Shown in pieces: positions 59,401 through 64,000 of a DNA stretch of 64,000 bases. The notes beneath the pieces were generated by a model. It had not been told where the DNA came from. It saw only the letters and a list, made by a program, of their open reading frames with translations, and ran no database searches. This DNA is from the human T2T-CHM13v2.0 reference genome, Homo sapiens. The translations under genes and the position numbers were made by a program. The stretch lies in the NCBI RefSeq assembly GCF_009914755.1, contig NC_060931.1. One strand, given 5' to 3'. Each line of letters opens with the position of its first letter. The stretch's first letter is position 1.

Positions 59401-60419
59401 CTGTAGCATTTTTCATTCTGTATCTGTAATTCTATATTTAGTTTTCAATGCCACCGAACTGTAACCAGGACTTAGTTATTTTTATGTGCCCATTGCCCAA
59501 TGTAGCACCTGGCACACAGGCACATGCCCAGGCAATATTTGCTAAAAGAATTAAGGTTTTATGTGAATAAAACCTCATAACATGCCTCACATGGCATGTT
59601 TCACTATCAATTTAGTCTCTTTTGTGCACAGCTAAAATTAGCATTGTATTTCTGGAAAAAAATTATATTAGCATATCCTGTCAAGCTCTAAAAGAGGTAA
59701 TTCTTAGAACTAATATTTATGTGCAATTAATTGCTAAGAATAATAATTTACTTATAAATGCAAGATTGTATTACTTTTATCTGTAATAGAATTCCTATTC
59801 ATCCTGAAATCATAGCAAATTATTAAGCTTGCTTTGCGGATAGTACAAAGTTAAGGAAATCAAATTTGTTTTATGAGGGCATTTGACTTAATTAATTTTT
59901 AAAATGTCTCTTGCTTTCTTAATACCAAACTTTAGATAATTTTTTAAAAAAGAACTTCATACAAAGAACTGTTCCTCCTGTTTCTCCTTTGTCAGTTAAT
60001 CCTCAAACCTAGACTATGCCCTTAAATTCCTATTCTACACCAACTGGCTGAATTATGTTGCATCTTGTAAAATGCAGCCTAGTAGAGAATAAACTCAGAA
60101 ATTAGACATTCCTTTGAAACAAATAAATACACATTTGTTGGTAAGCCCTTTTGCCTGTGTCTGTAGAACAATGGATGTTTGTAATCGGGGCTGATCTTCA
60201 GCTAATGCACACCTTTATTGCATAATGGCTAGTTTCTGTTCTGACTGGTCAATGCCTGTGCCTAACAGGTTATTAAATATTTTGTCAATTACCCCTGTTT
60301 GATTGATAACTCCAAAACTCCAGGAGAACTCCTCTTTATATACCTTCTGAATTACCACAGAAAGATTAATTTCTTCTCCAAATAATAATTGAGTTGTGTG
60401 TGAAATTCCACATCTTTGT

Positions 60420-60985
60420 AACCTGGAAATTGGAGATCAGTCAGTGCTCTATGAATCATCGACTCCTCCCTTTCTGTCGCACTTCATTTCTAACTCACCA
60501 GCAGATCTCACTTGTTCATCCTCCAAAGCATTTTCCGACTCTGATCTCCTTCTCACTGCATTCACTCGGTTCCCATAGCCCAAGTCATATTGTCTCTCTC
60601 CTGGACAGTAATAACCTTTTGTTGGGCTCCCTGCTTCCAACCTTGCCTTCTGTAGTGTACTTTCCAAATAGAAGCCAGAGTGATACCTTATATTAAAAAA
60701 AAAAAAAAAAAAAAAAGCCCATACCAGATCATATCTTAAAGGCCACAAACCCTTCTGCCTGTCTCTGTCTCAGCCTCCACCTCTCTCTCCTGGGTTCTAT
60801 GTCATATGCAGCTATCCTGGCCTCCAGCACATTCCAGCCTAGCATACTCGTTATGGGAATGCAAGCCCCCTGCAAATAGAAAGGTTTTTTGGTTTGTTTC
60901 TCTGCTGTGTCTTCAGCCCCAAGAATTATATATCTGACACACAGTAGTTGCTCAATACATAGTAGTTGAAATGAATGAATAAATA
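60420..60985 (+). mobile_element. L2 3' fragment with an internal A22 run
   Basis: agccagagtgat...cagatcat and the terminal gctcaatacatagtagttgaaatgaatgaat. Confidence 0.75.
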
Positions 60986-61141
60986 ATTGCATAGTGTTTA
61001 AAGATAGGAAACTGAGTGTGTGTTTTTCTTTTTGTTCTTCTTATCCAATGGTATTCTTGTACATGAAACATACCATAACAAAGCAATATAAGTCATTTTT
61101 ATTTTCTCCTTTAAAAACTTATAATTAAAAGCAGACAAGAA

Positions 61142-61446
61142 GTCAGGCACAGCGGCTCGTGCTTGTAATCTCAGCTACTCAGGAGGCTGAGGCGGGAGGA
61201 TCGCTTGAGGCCAGGAGTTTGTGACCAGCCTGAGCAACAGTGAGATGCCATCTCTAAAAATAGATAAATACATAATTAGTCAGGCATGGTGGTGAGTGCC
61301 TGTAGTCTCAGGTACTTGGGAGGCTGAGGTGGAAGGATCCCTTGAGCCCAAGAATTCAAGGCTACAGTGAGCTATGATTGTGCCACTGCACTCCATCCAG
61401 AGTGAGACACCATCTCTAAAAAAATTTAAATTTAAATTTAAAAAAA
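61142..61446 (+). mobile_element. AluJ element
   Basis: Dimeric Alu; TSD AAAAGCAGACAA at 61127 and 61443. Confidence 0.9.
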
Positions 61447-61679
61447 GCAGACAACACTGAAAAAGGACACCAACCATTATTAAGCAGAATTAAGCCTAAT
61501 AAGTATTAAATCATTAAAAAGAAATAAGATCAATACTTTAAAAAACTAATGTTACTGAAGGATGTATATGTGAATGCTGTCTAAATAGAAAGACACAAAC
61601 GTTTTACATCATCCTTTTCAGGTTAATATATATTTTAATAGAACACAATCAGATTTCCAATGGAAACATTTTTTAAAAT

Positions 61680-61980
61680 TTTTTGTTTGTTGTTTGTTAG
61701 CACAGGGTCTTGCTCTGTCACTCAGGCTGGAGTACGGTGGCACAATCATGGCTTAGTGCAGCCTCTACCTTCCAAACTCAAGGGATCCTCCCACATTAGC
61801 CTCCTGAGTAGCTAGAACTGCAGGTACACACCACCACACCTAGCTGATTTTTCAATTTTTTTGTAGAGGTGGGTCTCCCTGTGTTGGCCAAGCTGGTTGC
61901 AAACTCCAAGGCCCAAGCAATCCTCCCACCTCGGCCTCCCAAAATGCTGGGATTATAGCCATGAGCCACCACACCCAGCC
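61680..61980 (-). mobile_element. AluJ element
   Basis: Diverged dimeric Alu on the reverse strand. Confidence 0.9.
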
Positions 61981-62127
61981 TGTGTATTGTGTTGACTAAC
62001 TGTTTTATTTTAAACTGGTCTGTCCTTATAAGAAGAACCTAAAGTGTTCTCACACTGGTCTACATCAGATCTCCTTGTTTGCTTTGCTAGAACACTTACC
62101 ACTTTCTAAAATTAACTCATTTATTTT

Positions 62128-62196
62128 GTTGTTGCTGCTGCTGCTGCTGCTGCTGGTGGTGGTGGTGGTGGTGGTAGTGATGGTGATGGTGGTGTT
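62128..62196. repeat. Compound trinucleotide repeat (GTT)2(GCT)7(GGT)7 plus degenerate units
   Basis: Directly visible. Confidence 0.95.
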
Positions 62197-62357
62197 TATG
62201 TTTTTATTGTCTGTCTCATGTTTCTAGAATAAGAGCTCCGTGAAGAAAGAGACTTGTTCTGTTTTGTTCATGCCTATATTCTCAGCATGAGAAGAATCCT
62301 TAGCACATATTAGGAACCATTAACTATGTGTGGAATTAATGAAAAAGGAAATGTTCA

Positions 62358-62652
62358 GGCTGGGCTTTGTGGCTCATGCCTATAATTCCAGCCCTTTGGG
62401 AGTCCAAAGCAGGAGGATTGCTTGAGCCCAGGAATTTGAGACCAGCATGGGCAACATAGTGAAACTTCACCTCTACCAAAAAAATTTTAAGTTAGCCAGG
62501 CATGGTGGCATGCTCCTGTAGTCCCAGCTACTTGGGAGGCTGAGGTAAGAGGATCAGTTGAGCTTGGGAGGTCAAGGCTGCAGTGAGCGTGATTATGCCA
62601 TTGCACTCCAGCCTGGGTGACAGAGCAAGACCTTGTCTTTAAAAATAAAAAA
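62358..62652 (+). mobile_element. AluJ element
   Basis: Dimeric Alu; TSD AAAAAGGAAATGTT at 62342 and 62648. Confidence 0.9.
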
Positions 62653-63116
62653 GGAAATGTTAAAAAAAAGAGAAAGAAATGTTCAAAACTTGCCCCAATA
62701 ATTTTTACCAAAAAAAAAAGAATACTAGTAAGAAAAGACATTTCCTAGATAAGAAGAGCCACTCTAATTAAAACACTATGATACTGACATAAATAGATAA
62801 GTATTAAAGAGTCCAGGCTCTTATATATTTTGGAAAGTAATATAGGATAAAGGTGTCACTTCAAATTATCAGAGAAAGAGTGATCCATAATGATTGATTT
62901 TTACCGAATCCTGGCATAATTGTCTGTCCTCCTTGAACAAAGAAAATGTCATACCATATTTACAAAATAAATTCCAGATAGTAAAGCCAAGAAGTAACAA
63001 TTTGTTAAAAAAATAATAATAAGTAGGAGAAAAATGAAGTTATTGTTTGTATAAAATCAAGATCAGGGTCTTTTTCTTTAAGCAAGACAAGAAAGCCAAA
63101 AGAAAAAGAATAATTT

Positions 63117-64000
63117 GGGGCAGGGCCAAGATGGCCGACTAGAAGCAGTGGTGATCTGAGGCTCTCATCAAAAAGAACTAAAACAGCTTGCTATCCTGCA
63201 CTGGCAACCAAGGTATCCAGGTTCTGTCATGGGGACAGACCAGGCAGCTGGCATGATCCACGGAGAGGAAGGAAGAGCAGTGTAGTGCGGCGGCCCACCT
63301 GAGAGCCACATGGGGCAGGGGACCCCTCACCCCCCCAGCCAAGGGAGGCAGTGAGTGAGCGTGCTACCCAGCCTGGGAAACTGTGCTTTTTCCACGGAAC
63401 TGTGCAACCCACGGATCGGAAGATCCCACTCATGAGCCCATGCCACCGGGGCCTAGGGTCCCAACCATGGAGCTGCTCAGATTCTCAACAGCCACTAAGC
63501 TAGAATCTGCTTAAGCCTGCCAAGCTCCTGGTGGGAGGGCCGGCCATCACCACAGCTGCGGGTGCCTGCTGTCTAAGCCCTCTGTGCTCCTTCAGGGAGG
63601 GGCAGCAGCCAACACTGGGACTGCTAGCTGCCTAACACACTAAGCTCCCAGGGCGGGGTAAGGGCAGCAGCCATCTCTATAGCTCTAGGCCATGCTCTTC
63701 CCCTGCTGAAGCCAGGGAGGCTGGATGGCTTGGTCCCAAGAGGGATTCCCCACAGCCCAACACACTGGCTGTGGCAGATTGTGGCCAGAGTACCTCTTCA
63801 GACCTGACCCTGACTCATCTTTTCTCATGGGGACGGGGCATCCCTGCAGGAACTCCAACAACTCCAGGCAGGGGCTCAGGGGCAGAACTCTGATCTCTCT
63901 GGGCCTGAGCCCCTAGGGGGAGGGGTGGCCATAGTCTCTGCAGACCAGCAGACTTAGTCTTTCCTCCTGCTAGTTCTGAGGAACCCAGGCAGGCCAGATG
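63117..64000 (+). mobile_element. 5' UTR of an older primate L1 (L1PA8-13 era), running off the window
   Basis: GGGGCAGGGCCAAGATGGCCGACTAGAAGCAG start with a YY1 site at 63127-63137, followed by GC-rich L1P 5' UTR sequence. Confidence 0.85.

Noticed and set aside
60225-60296. Possible hAT-type DNA transposon end (ggttattaaatattttgtcaattacccctg)
   Set aside because: The resemblance is from memory only; I could not find the matching terminus or a TSD.

Overview
This 64 kb window is AT-rich primate (very probably human) non-coding DNA, intronic or intergenic, and is dominated by transposable-element remnants. It holds a full-length ~6.1 kb L1PA3/4-type LINE-1 on the minus strand with an 18-bp target-site duplication (TSD), older L1PB/L1M fragments, the 5' end of an older L1PA at the right edge, about 10 Alus (including a Yb-lineage copy), MaLR and ERV1 solo LTRs (MST, THE1, MLT1, MER4), DNA transposons (Tigger2a, MER20, MER5), many MIR/L2/L3 relics and several microsatellites. 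I recognise no host protein-coding exon or RNA gene; every ORF with a recognisable product is L1-derived. I found no evidence for a new multi-gene biological system. The best leads are structural or evolutionary: a ~270-bp locally templated insertion inside an MST LTR, a diverged AluYb copy lacking one Yb8 diagnostic, and an L1 that keeps a near-complete ORF1, an ORF0 splice donor and the ZNF93-bound segment. Subfamily calls come from remembered consensus sequences. Boundaries of old repeats are approximate (tens of bp).
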